Assembly: GCF_018350175.1 (NCBI RefSeq)
Contig: NC_058382.1
Location: forward strand, 55,120,001-55,184,000
Reading direction: 5' to 3'
From: Felis catus
Lineage: Eukaryota
Length of the DNA: 64,000 nt
Position numbers and translations under genes: made by a program. This document shows, piece by piece, positions 1 through 10,844 of the stretch. Position 1 is the first letter of the stretch. Each line of letters opens with the position of its first letter. The notes beneath the pieces were generated by a model. That model searched no databases. It had not been told where the DNA came from and was given only the letters and a program-made list of their open reading frames with translations.

Positions 1-204
1 TCCCCTGGGCGTCCCAGCTTCACAGTAGTTCCCTCCACAACTCTGGCTCTCGGAGGAACACCTCTCCCCTCTCCGGGTCTTAGTCCGGCTGGACCTGCCT
101 GCTCCCGCTGGGGAACCTCACATCCTTTGCCCCCGCCTGCCCCCCAGAATGCCCAGAGTCCAGCCAGTGCCCTCCCCCGGCACAGCCGAGCCACGATGTG
201 TCTT

Positions 205-600
205 TACTTTTAACCCAGTGGCTTGAAACAACAGAAACTTACTCTCTCGAGGTTCTAAAGACCAGGACGTCAGCAGGGCCCCGCATTGTCTGAAAACTCT
301 AGAGGAGAAAACTTTCCCTCTCTCTTCCAGCCCCCCCGGGGGGGTCCTGGTGTTCCCGGTTGTGGCTTTGCCCCTCCAGCCTCTGCTGTGTCCCACACGC
401 CAACCCCCCACCCCTTCTCCAGCGAATCTCCCTCTGCTTTCTCTTATCAGGACCTCTGCCATTGGATTTAGGACCCACCTGGATGACCCAGGATGACCCC
501 GTGGACAGATCCTTAACATGATCACATCTGCAAAGACTCTTTTTCCAAATAAGGTCATAGTCACCCGTTCCAGGTGAATGTATCTTCTGGATTCGACGTT
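205..600. mobile_element. MaLR (MLT1-type) solo LTR
   Basis: Typical MLT1 blocks 'gtggcttgaaacaacagaaacttactctctc' and 'atcacatctgcaaagactctttttccaaataaggtcat'. Confidence 0.75.
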
Positions 601-1579
601 TCATTAATCCTCCTTTGATGACTGGGGTTCATCTTGAAGGCTATGAATGATAGGGAGGTTGCAATGATAGGGCTCATTTTCTAACGAAATGCTTACACCG
701 CCCCTCCTGTGTGCCAGGCACAGTAGCAAGGGTAAGGCTTGTAGGTCTGAACTCATTTACGCCTGATACGCCTAAGGGGTGGGTGCAGATATGACCCCTC
801 TTGACCGATGGGGAAGTGGAGGCCAGGAGAGGGTGGGTCTCTTGGTCAAGGCCACACGGGGAGCGGGGGACGCAGCCAACCTTAGAACCCAGGCATTTTG
901 GGAAGATCTCTGGTGAATGGATGGGGCTGGGACCAGGGCAGGGACCTTGGAAAGAAAGATTCAAGAGGAGCTTGGGAGTGAAAGTGCGGAACACGGTGCC
1001 TGATATGGAGGGAAGGCCAGCAAGGAGTCAAGGGTAATGTTCACGTTCCTTGGCTTCTTCTCACTGGGGGCTTCGAGGGCCTAGAATTAGCACCTCTGCC
1101 TGGCAGCAGCTTTCTCAGTGGCCTGCAGGGCTGGTGTGTCAGTGCCCCTGCGTTCTCCCTCCTCGTGGAGGTGGAGACTCCCGTCTGCTTCCCCTGGGGA
1201 CAGTCTGCTGTCCCCAGGGCTCACCAGCCTGTTAGCACTTCCTTCTGCTCTCGCCCTCACTTTCCCTCCATCCCATCCTGGGACCACTTCCCAAATAAGC
1301 CACCTATGCTGGAATCTTCATCCCAGAGCTTGCTTCTGGGGAAGCCCAAACAAAGACGGTGGCTGACCATGCTAGGCGACAGAGGGACAGGTTACAGGGG
1401 GAGCCCCCTCCCCCACAGGCTGAGAAAGCCCTCCTAAGGAGACTGCATGGTCGCCAGGCACGTCTGCCTCAGCCTCAGCCAAGCCAGAAGGACCGTGCAA
1501 CTGGGGACCCAAGAATCAGCTTGCACCTGTTTTCAGAGGTGGAGGTGGAAGCTGCCAGATGCTCTCACACATTGCTGGC

Positions 1580-2680
1580 AGGCATAGAAATTGGTTCGGC
1601 GGGTTTGGAAAGCGTATCGACTAAAAGCTAACCATCCAGCCCACCCTGTGACCCCACAACCCCACTCCTGGGTATATAGACCTGGGAGAACCGAGCACAC
1701 GTGTCCACCAGAAGACACAGACAAGGGTGTTTATAGCAGCATTATTCGTAAGAGCCAAAAAGTGGAAGCAACCCAAATGTCCACTAAGAGGAGAATAAAC
1801 AAACCAGGGTGGTCTCGCAGTGGAAGAGCTTGAGCGCCCCCCCCCCTTCAACAGGAGAATCAATAAAACGCACAGCGACGTAGTCGTGTGATGGAATTCT
1901 GCAGAAAAAGGCCAAAAGAGCCAACTTCTGATACCCACAGTGGCGTGAATTAATTGGACACACGTTACGTGTGTGGAAGGAGCCAGGAGGGCTTGCCGGA
2001 GGATTCCACTTATGTGAAGTGCATGGACGGGCACGAGGCATCTATGACTACAGAGGTGATAACCGGGGTTAGTGATAGTGCAGGGGGTGGGAGGTGTCAT
2101 CGACTGGGAAGGGAAGAGGGAAGCTTCTGGGGTGATGAAGATGCTCTACAGCTCGATCTGCAGCCACACGGGTGTTTAAACACCCCTGGAGCTCCACATT
2201 TTTAAGATTTGTGTCGTTTATTTTCTGTGTTACACACCCCCTTTTTAAAAGTGGCATCAGGTCGACACACCCCAAACATCCACCAACAGGTAATAGATGT
2301 GTATTTACAGACGATGGACTATTATCCGTCCGTAAGAAAGGATGAAGCATGGACACACGGTCCCTCGTGGATGAACCTCGAAGACATCATGCTGAGTCAC
2401 CTAAGCCAGACACAACAGACCACATATTGGTGGATTCCACTTATAGGCAATAATCTAAAATAGGCAAATCTGCACAGAAAGAAAGCAGACTGGTGTTTAC
2501 GAGGGGCTGGGGAGTGACTGCCTCATGGATATGGGATTTTATTTGGGGCTGAGGAAAATGCTTGGGAACTAGATAGAGGTACTGATTGCACCATACTGTA
2601 AACGCTCTAAATGCCTCTTTAAAATGGTTTCTTTTATGTTACGCGAATGTCACCTCAATTTGTTAAAACGGCATGGAAAA
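1580..2680 (+). mobile_element. Old L1M 3' fragments (two tandem pieces)
   Basis: L1 ORF2-end/3'UTR motifs (ccactcctgggtatata, gtttatagcagcattatt, ggatgaacctcgaagacatcatgctgagt, gattccacttata). Confidence 0.75.
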
Positions 2681-3701
2681 AGAATTCTCTTAACGAAGAG
2701 ATGGCCGCTGCTCCTCTCTGCTGTGTCTGGGTCTGGGAGGGTGAGTGGTGCCCTGGCCATCATGACTTCTCTCAGCGCCAGTGCTGGCCCGTCCTTGTGA
2801 ACGTTTGTCCCCGCCTCAAAAACGCTCTACTGCCATCTGCTGGACAGTTGTCATTATACCAGTTTGCATAATAAATCCACACACTCCCTTAAATGTGGCA
2901 TCCTCGTACAGTGCACAATGTGCACAGCTGTATGTGGTGGGATATCTGACTTTGCTTTATTTTTCAGTGTCCTCTATTCAGGTTGGGGTGGGGCCTTGAA
3001 AACCTCAGTGCTGGCCTTCCCTCCCATGCCCTCTCTAATGCTGGCTAAGGCTAGCCTGAGCTAGCCTCTCTCAGATTCGGCGGGGAGATGAAGTCCTCGT
3101 GGTTCCTGATCCACGCATCAGTGCGTGGAGACCTGCCCTCCGGACACACCTCCAGAAAGGAGACCTTGCCCGGAGCACATTTGGTCATCCCTACGGCAGA
3201 AGGCTGAGCACTGGCTAGAAGGTCTCCACCAAAGTCCTGGCAACAGACCTCTTGGCTGTTCGTGTTTCCTCTCAATGTAATGGTAGGAACGACAAGCTGT
3301 TCCTCGAAAACACCAGGCTTTGTCTCCTCTCGGATTTGCCAGGTAGGAGAAGAGGCTGTTGCATCCAGTGGGAAGGAGGCTCAGGGAACGGGGCGCTAGA
3401 TACACCCACTATGTCAGCTCCTCTTTGGGGCTCCCCCCAGCAGTGGCCACAGGGGTTTGCTGAAGTGGAGGTGGGTCAGTGATTCCCTCCTGGGGGGTTT
3501 AATGGGGAGCAGTAATGCATCATAAGCCCCTCCCGGCCCTGGAGTTGCAGAGGCGTCTGTTATGCGCACGGGGTTGGGGGTTCTCTCCCCCGGTGGTGGC
3601 TGTTCAGGGTAAGTCCTGCCATATAGAAATAGGATGCAAGTCATTTATATAATGTAAATTGTTCTAGTATCCACATTTTTTTAGAGAAAAAGGCAAAATT
3701 A

Positions 3702-3822
3702 GGGGCGCCTGGGCGGCTCAGTCGGTTAAGCATCCAACTTCGGCTCAGGTCGTGATCTCATGATTCATGGGTTTGGGCGCTGCATGGGGCTCTGTGCTGA
3801 CAGTGCAGAGCCTGCTAGGGAT

Positions 3823-3869
<47 letters not shown>

Positions 3870-3906
3870 AGAATGAATGAATTTAAAAAGAATTTTTTTT
3901 AAAAAA
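3702..3906 (+). mobile_element. Can-SINE (SINEC)
   Basis: tRNA-derived head ggggcgcctgggcggctcagtcggttaag, (CT)n tract, A-rich tail. Confidence 0.92.
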
Positions 3907-4269
3907 GGAAGGGTAGTATATCATTTACAAGAGAAAGCTTGGGAGATCATAACCATGCATTTGGGGAGGATGGATGGATGGAAGGAAGGTAAACCCAAAG
4001 GAAAGAAAGCAAAGTGGCTCCTGATGAAATGAGACATCTGACATCTGACCTATGTCGACACCAGGGTTTGGGCAAGCAGAGTCGGTGTTGGCCTTGAGCT
4101 GAAGACAGTCAAGGGTGTACCCAGGCAGCCAGGCCACGCGCAGTCTCTGTCAGAGCTCTGCCCCTCATGTTGAGGCGGGTCCCACAAGGGATCCAGTGTC
4201 CTTCCTCCCGCTGGCTGTCAGCTGGCCAGGAGAGGGAGTTGGTTCCGTAGCCTTTCGTCCATTTCCTGA

Positions 4270-4560
4270 GCAAAAGCGTATTGCTCTGAACCTTGAAAAC
4301 ACTGTGCCAAGTGGAAGAAGCCAGTCACAAAGTGGGATCCTATGCCATGATCATAGGAAAGCCCAGAATAGGGAAATCTATGGAGAAAGTTCATTACCAG
4401 TTGCTTAGGGCTGAGGGGATGGGGGACAGGCATGGGCAGGGGTTCATTTTGGCGGTGATGACAATGTTCTAAATTGACCGCACAACTCTATGCTAAAAAC
4501 CGTGGAACTGTGCACTTGGGTGGATTGTGGGGCTGGCGAATTGTATCTCAACAAGGCTTT
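4270..4560 (+). mobile_element. Old L1M 3'UTR fragment
   Basis: tgaaccttgaaaacactgtgccaagtggaagaagccagtcacaaa ... gaattgtatctcaacaagg. Confidence 0.7.
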
Positions 4561-4999
4561 TTTTTTTTCTTTTTTCTTTTTTTTTTTTTTTTAATGTACT
4601 GAGCACCAACTGTGCGCCAGGCACGCTGGCGACTCAGGAGTAAATAAAGCAAACGCCATCCTCCACCACATTCAGTCTGAGGGAGGAGGCAGCCATTAGC
4701 CAGATAACCCCACAAACCATTTTTGATCGCGGCGGCGGAGAGAGCTACAAGGAGGTGCAGGCGGCTAGAATGAGCGCCTCCAAGAGGGGGCGGCACCGAG
4801 CTCACGTGTCTCCACCCGCAAGAGCCGGAAATGACCAACTCCTGGGGCAGGTGGAGCCGGGAAGCGCCTTCCAAGCGGTGGGAAGAGCCGGTGCGGAGGC
4901 CCTGAGGCAGAGGCTGGCACCGGGGAGGAGCGGACCAGCAGAAGGGAGGAAGACGAAGTGGGGGGCAGGAGCAGCAGGAGAGAGAGGCAAGGGGCGGAG

Positions 5000-5950
5000 G
5001 CAGAGTGGTGGGGGAGGGATATATGACGATTTGGGAGTTGTTCAACTACAAACCGCCCCCCTCTGTTGTGGAGCGGAGCGGAGGGAGGCAGACGGAAGTC
5101 TGGGAGGGTGGAGGAGGGGGTCGGGGCTCATCACCTCCCGCATCCGATTCACATGCCATTCTCCCTAGGAAGGGGCTGCCTGTTGACGAAGGAGGAAGGA
5201 AGGTCGGTTTGGCCGGCAGAGGGCCATGGGAGGACAAAGGGTCGCGGGGAAGCTGGCAGGCAGGTGAGACCTGGCGGGCCCGGCTCACACCTGTCCGCCT
5301 CCGGTGGCCAGGACGGGACAGGTCAGGAGGCAGGGGGGCGGCTCCGACGCCTCTGGCGTCCCAGCTGCCGCAGATCGGGGCTGGGGCTGCGCCAGGCCGG
5401 CGGGCGGGGGCGGGAGGCGGCGTGCCGGGCCCCGGGTCCCTGACGTCAACGTTACCATGGAGACCCCCGCTTCCCTCGGCGCGCGTCGCAGCTGCCGCAG
5501 ACCCCGGGGCTGGGAAGGCTCTGCAGGGTTGAGGGGAGCAGAAAGTGCGGGCCTGGGTCCCGCCGCTGCGCCCCAGAGCACCGCCCAGCGAGAGGGCGGG
5601 GTACCGAGACCCCCCGAGGGGCTCCCCGCTGCCCTCCAGCCTGCCCCCACCCCCGTCGCCCGGACTGGGAGCGACAGTCCGGGAGTGCCTCGGCCAGAAA
5701 TCAGCCCAGGGTCCTGCATGGCCCTCCCCACGGGAACACACCCAAGGGGGCACGGCCCTCCGCCCGCGCCTCCCACTCCCAGCCCCACTGCGTTGGGCGC
5801 CCTGCCCCTTCCTTCCTTCGAGGAGCATGTAGGGCGCCCCCCCTCGGTCCCCAGCGCTTGCCGTCCTCGGCGGGGACCCAGCGAGGGAGAAGGGGCGTCC
5901 TAACACCGCCGCCCGCCTGCTGGCGCCGCCCTCCCTGGAGCTCACGTAGG
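5000..5950. promoter_or_regulatory. Orphan CpG island / candidate promoter with CRE, RFX X-box and GC boxes
   Basis: High CpG density 5240-5930; GC boxes 5402-5420; TGACGTCA 5441-5448; GTTACCATGGAGAC 5451-5464; candidate donor CAG|GTGAGA (GT 5264-5265). Confidence 0.75.
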
Positions 5951-6289
5951 AAACGGTGTCTTCTTTGTCTCTAGACCTCGTTCAGTCGCATCTCTCCAGG
6001 TTCTTAAAGACGCCTTCAGGAACAGACTGGCCAGGCTGGCTGACTTCAGCCTCGCCTCCCCCTGCTCTTCGTGCCTCTTCTCTTTTCCGAACTCCTTCCT
6101 CCTCCGCGGGAGTGAAAGGAAGGGACGCCCGTCCTGCGCTTCCCGGGTCTTGCCCTTGTCCTTGTTTGCCCGCTGCTGCTTCCCTGTTGTGGCCCAGGTG
6201 TGTGCACTTGGGAGGACTGTGTGGAGTGGGGTGAGGGTCCCCAGGACGGGTTCCCCCCCACCCCCACAGCTCCCTCTCCCAGCTGCTGG

Positions 6290-6290
<1 letters not shown>

Positions 6291-6332
<42 letters not shown>
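6291..6332. repeat. (CA)21 microsatellite
   Basis: Perfect dinucleotide run. Confidence 0.97.
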
Positions 6333-6335
<3 letters not shown>

Positions 6336-6917
6336 CGCCCCCCAGCTGCTTCCTGCTGGGGGCTCCTCACCCTGGAGCCAACCTTTTTGGTTGGGATGCT
6401 GGAAATCGCTCTTGGCGGTCCTTCCTCCCTGGTGTCCATGTGACTTCCAGAACCTCACACCTTCCTGACACGCCCTGGTCACCTCTCCCCACCCTGGCCC
6501 CTCTTACCACTTCTCTTTTCCCTGACTCCGTGCAGGGCAGGGGTGAACTTGAGACTGGGGAGGGGAGCGTCTCTCTTTTTTTCTTCTCACCCCAGTCTTC
6601 TGTTGGTGCTGGGATGATATAAGGCAAAGCAGGGCCTTCGCAGCCACTTGGTAAATAAGCCCTGAGGCCTGGTCTCCAGTTTTCTGACTTTCTCTAGAAT
6701 CTAGGGGACTTAGACCTGGAGGATGATTTCAAGGCTGCTGGAGAAGTCCCACTTAATACCCTCTTAATCATTCATCCATCCACCTTAAAGACCTACTGCA
6801 TGCTGGTCACTCAGCTAAGTGTGGGGATCTAGCAGTGAATAAAGACCAAAGCCTCTTCTGTGGAGCCTATGTCTGAGAGGAGTCAAGCAACAAAATAAGA
6901 AAAAGATGTAGTGTCTT

Positions 6918-7134
6918 TTTTTTTTAATGTTTTTATTTATTTTTGAGACAGAAAGACACAGATCATGAGCAGGGGAGGGGCAGAGAGGGAGGGCGACACA
7001 GAATCTGCAGCAGGCTCCAGGCTCTGAGCTGTCAACACAGACCCCGACACGGGGCTCCAACTCATGGAGTGTTCTCGAGATCATGACCTGAGCTGAAGTC
7101 GGGCGCTCAACCGAATGAGCCACCCAGATGCCCC
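6918..7134 (-). mobile_element. Can-SINE (SINEC_Fc2-like) with TSD aagatgtagtgtctt
   Basis: Full-length reverse SINE; TSD at 6903-6917 and 7135-7149. Confidence 0.95.
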
Positions 7135-7166
7135 AAGATGTAGTGTCTTAAAAGGAGAGATGTGAT

Positions 7167-7380
7167 GGGGCGCCTGGGTGGCGCAGTCGGTTAAGCGTCC
7201 GACTTCAGCCAGGTCACGATCTCGCGGTCCGTGAGTTCGAGCCCCGCGTCGGGCTCTGGGCTGATGGCTCAGAGCCTGGAGCCTGTTTCCGATTCTGTGT
7301 CTCCCTCTCTCTCTGCCCCTCCCCCATTCATGCTCTGTCTCTCTCTGTCCCAAAAATAAATAAACGTTGAAAAAAAAAAA
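7167..7380 (+). mobile_element. Young felid SINE (SINEC_Fc-like) with perfect TSD
   Basis: CpG-intact copy (gtggcgcagtcggttaagcgtccgacttcagccaggtcacg); ttaaaaggagagatgtgat duplicated at 7148-7166 and 7381-7399. Confidence 0.96.
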
Positions 7381-8539
7381 TTAAAAGGAGAGATGTGATG
7401 GGGAAAAAGTTGAATCCAAAAAGGGGGATGGAGAGAGTGGAGGGAAGGTGGCTAGGGAAGGCCTCACTGAGAAGGAAGGGGACATCTGGGCACAGCCCTG
7501 AAGGAGGGAAGGGAGGAGCCAAGGGATATTTGGGGGGAAGAGCATTCCAGGCAGCAAGAAAAGCCAGTGCAAAGGCCCTGAGGTGGGAGCAGGCATGGAG
7601 TGTGAGAGGAACGGGGGACGATGGTGCAGCCAGAGCGGAGTGAGCAAAGCAGGGAGGAGTGGAGAGGGCTGAGAGTCACCTGCGGGCCCTGCCGGCTGCT
7701 TGGAGGACGTGGGTTTTCCTGTCACTCTTCCCTCTTGTCATGGCAGCTCAGCAGACATGCATCAGTACCTGCTGCCCCTGGCCCTTTGCTGAGGGTCCTC
7801 CTGTGCACCATGACATCCGGTCTCAAAATTCCCTCGTTATCCCCATTTTGTAGATGAGAAAACAGAGGCGCTAGCATGTCAGGTAAACCCTGAGGGATAA
7901 GAAGAGATTCATCTGGAAAAAGGTATGTGTGGGGTGGGGAGGGCCCAAGGCTGTCTGATGATGGTCTCAGGGAGGAGACAGTGAGGCCTCTGCCATACAG
8001 AAGGAAAGTGGCCTTTCTGTGGCTGCCCCACTTGGCCTCCAGAAAAGCCCAAATCTTCCTGTCACAACCAGCCCCAGGGGCAGGAGGCGCTGCTGTTCCC
8101 AGACTTCCGAGCCCCAAGCTGACTGCCCTCTGAGTCACAGCGAGCAGCTTTAGCATTTGCCCTGGGGGGGGGGGGGGCGGAGGGGGGAATGGGGGGGGAG
8201 GGTCGGTGGAGCTGGAGAGACCTGGAGAGACGGAACCAGGTTTTTCTATCAGGCAGGCCTGAAGGGTTTGTGGGAGGAAATGAGGAGGAAAAAAATGAGG
8301 CCGGATGGACTCGGGTGGGGAAGCTACTTTGAGGGAGGTGGCCACCCTCCTGGCCAACTCGCCAAGTCCCCTGGCCTGTCTCAGCGAGTGCCATGGGCTT
8401 GATGCTGAGAAAACGTTTGATCATTCATCTGACAGGGATCTCCTTTGTGCTGGGCCCTGTGTCCTGTGATGGGTGGGTGGGGAGGTGGCTGTGGAAAGGG
8501 CTGAGCAGATGATTCTTCTGTGACTCCTGAATGGATGCA

Positions 8540-9045
8540 TTAATTACCTACCGCTGCGTAACAAATCACCCCAAATGCAGCGACTGGAAACGAGTGTGTT
8601 TGTTTCTGCGGCTCAGGAGCTCCGGAGTGACTCAGCTGGGTTGCTCCGGCTCACGGCTCGGTCCCATATGGCGGCCATCGAGATGTCAGCCGAGGCCGTG
8701 GCCTTGTTTGAAAGCTCTGCGGGGCTGGAGGACCCCCTTGTGTGACAGTGCCCCACACCGCTTCTGGCGGGAGGCCTCAGTTTCTCCTCACACAGTTGTC
8801 CAGAAGGCTCCTTGAGTGTTGTTTTATGCAGCTCCCCCTAGGGTGAGTCATCGGAGAGAAAGACCAAAGTAGAAACTGGGGTGGCTGTGACCACCGGGTC
8901 TCTGATATCCCCCACCGTCACTTCTGCTTTGGGCTCGTTCGTTAGCAGCAAGGCACTAAGACCAGCCCACGCTCAGGGGAGGGAGATTAGGGTCCACGTC
9001 TTGAAGGAAGAGCATCAAAGAATTTGTGGACGGAGTTTAAAACCA
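8540..9045. mobile_element. MaLR (MLT1-type) LTR
   Basis: gctgcgtaacaaatcaccccaaa ... agcccacgctcagggggagggagattagggtccac ... atcaaagaatttgtggac. Confidence 0.7.
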
Positions 9046-9230
9046 TGACAACAGGAAAATGGATGGTGCACCCACTCTTCTTCCCTGATGCTGGAATCTT
9101 AGAATACTCTCCGACCACAGCTGTTGGTGAAATCCCCCTGGGACACTTGTAGCTGTCCAAACCCCGGCCCCTCTTACTGAGCTGGTCTGAGCCGGGACTT
9201 GGACATGTGTGGTTTTGTCGTGTGGAATAA

Positions 9231-9417
9231 TTTTTATTTAAATGTTTGTTTATTTCAGAGAGAGAATGTGCCAGCAGGGAAGGGGCAGGGAGAGAAGGGG
9301 ACAGAGGATCTGTGCTGCCAGCACAGAGCCCGATGCGGGATTCCAACTCATGAACCGCGAGATCGTGACCCGAGCGGAAGTTGGATGCTTCACTGGCTGA
9401 ACCGCCCAGGCGCTCCC
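9231..9417 (-). mobile_element. Can-SINE
   Basis: Reverse SINE body; TSD gt(c/t)gtgtggaat. Confidence 0.9.
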
Positions 9418-9469
9418 GTTGTGTGGAATGCTCTTAAACTTTAAGCGTGACGTTTATGTTTCCGCTACA

Positions 9470-9880
9470 TTATTTTTTTATTGTGGTAAAATGTGCATAA
9501 CGTAAAACGGACCGTTTTAGCCGTTTTTGAGTGTGCACTTCGGTGGCCAGAAGTACATTCACGTTGTGGTGCAACCGTCACCTCCACAAATGTTCACCTT
9601 CCCGAACTGAAACTGTACCCCTTAAACGCTGACTCCCCACCCCTCCCGCCTCCAGCCCATAGTGACCCCCGCTTTCTGTCTTTATGAATTCAACTACTCT
9701 AGACCTCAGAGGGCTCCCTTGTGTCTGGCTTGACCCAGCACAGTGACCTCCAGAGCTCATGCACGCGGTACGCGTCTCGGGGTGTCATTCCCCTCATGGC
9801 CAAATAGCATTTCATTGTACGGACCACACTGTGTTTATCCGTCGTTCGGCGGTGGACATTGGGCTGGTTTTCACGCTGGT
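9470..9880 (-). mobile_element. Old L1M 3'UTR fragment
   Basis: ttattgtggtaaaatgtgcataacgtaaaa ... tacattcacgttgtggtgcaacc. Confidence 0.75.
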
Positions 9881-9940
9881 ATTTTTAAGGCTCCGGAGTG
9901 ATACTCATGACCCATCAGGGATGAAAACCGAGGTCTTAGA

Positions 9941-10110
9941 CCAGTGGTTCTTAAGCCTGGCTGAGCATCCAAATCACCTGGTAGCTGTTAAAAAAACAAG
10001 CCAATGCCTGGTGAGCATCACAGACCTGCAGACCAGCTGAACTGGATTCTCTGGAAGGGGACCCCGGAGTCTGCAAGAATCTGCAGTTACTTCCAGAAGG
10101 CCAGGGTGTG
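9941..10110. mobile_element. MER5-type hAT MITE
   Basis: ccagtggttcttaagcctggctgagcatccaaatcacctgg start typical of MER5. Confidence 0.6.
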
Positions 10111-10130
10111 AAGACTCATTTCCAGGTCTC

Positions 10131-10148
10131 TGCTGCCCCCTGGTGGCA
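10131..10148 (-). promoter_or_regulatory. CTCF core motif
   Basis: Minus strand reads TGCCACCAGGGGGCAGCA, a near-consensus CTCF core. Confidence 0.65.
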
Positions 10149-10511
10149 GCACCTGGGATCGTCTGCAGCACTGGCTTGCCCACCCTGTAAAGGAGCCCAA
10201 AAGAACCAGTCCCCAGAGCCTTCCTTGGGGGGTCTGGGGACCCTGCGGGGCTCTCCCTGCCTATCCTCCCCCACTGTACTTCCTGGTTTCAGATGAGCCT
10301 ATTAGGAGAAAGGCACAGACAGGCGGAGGACTCCGCTTTGGTCCTTGCCAGTTATATGACCTTGAACAAGCCATTTACTTGTTTCAGGGACGTGACCACT
10401 GCTCTCCTCCCCCCGCCCCTGCCCCCCCCCCACTGCTCTCCTCCCCCCCCCGCCCGCCCCGTCAAGTCCCTGAGATCACAGTTAAGTATGTGTGTTAGCT
10501 TTGGGGAGAAC

Positions 10512-10844
10512 CTAGAATTTCTTAGCCTTGGCTCCGTTGACAATTGGGTAGGATTATTCCTCATGGTGGGGCCATCCTGTGTATCGTAGGGTATTAAACA
10601 ACATCCCTGGCCTCAACCCACTAGATGCCAATGAAACCCCCCAGTTTTGCCGATCAACACTGTTTCCAGACATGAAGAAATGTCCCCTGGGGGGAGGGTT
10701 GCCAGACAAAATGCAGGTTTCCCACTTAGATTTGAATTTCAGAGAAGCGACTCACAACTTTTTGGTAGAATTCTGCCCTAAAGATTGCATTTTTACTTGC
10801 TAAATCCAGAAACCCTGCGAAACCACCTCAGTTGAGAGCCGCTG
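10512..10844. mobile_element. MER20 (hAT-Charlie) interrupted by a MER53-like element at ~10695-10816
   Basis: MER20 blocks (catccctggcctcaacccactagatgcca; ccagacat...aatgtcccctggggg; gttgagagccgctg) flank an insert with ends agggttgccaga / tccagaaaccct. Confidence 0.7.

Larger units (their letters stand above)
6765..7740 (-). mobile_element. L2 3' fragment interrupted by two SINEs
   Basis: L2-type sequence at 6765-6900 and 7400-7740 (gaagagcattccaggcagcaagaaaagccagtgcaaaggccctgaggtggga). Confidence 0.65.

Noticed and set aside
3702..3790. tRNA-like A/B-box sequence here and at other SINE heads
   Set aside because: These are the tRNA-derived heads of Can-SINEs, not tRNA genes.
5005..5945. 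ORFs of 167-299 aa over the orphan CpG island
   Set aside because: Same GC-content artefact; no recognisable domain, overlapping frames on both strands.
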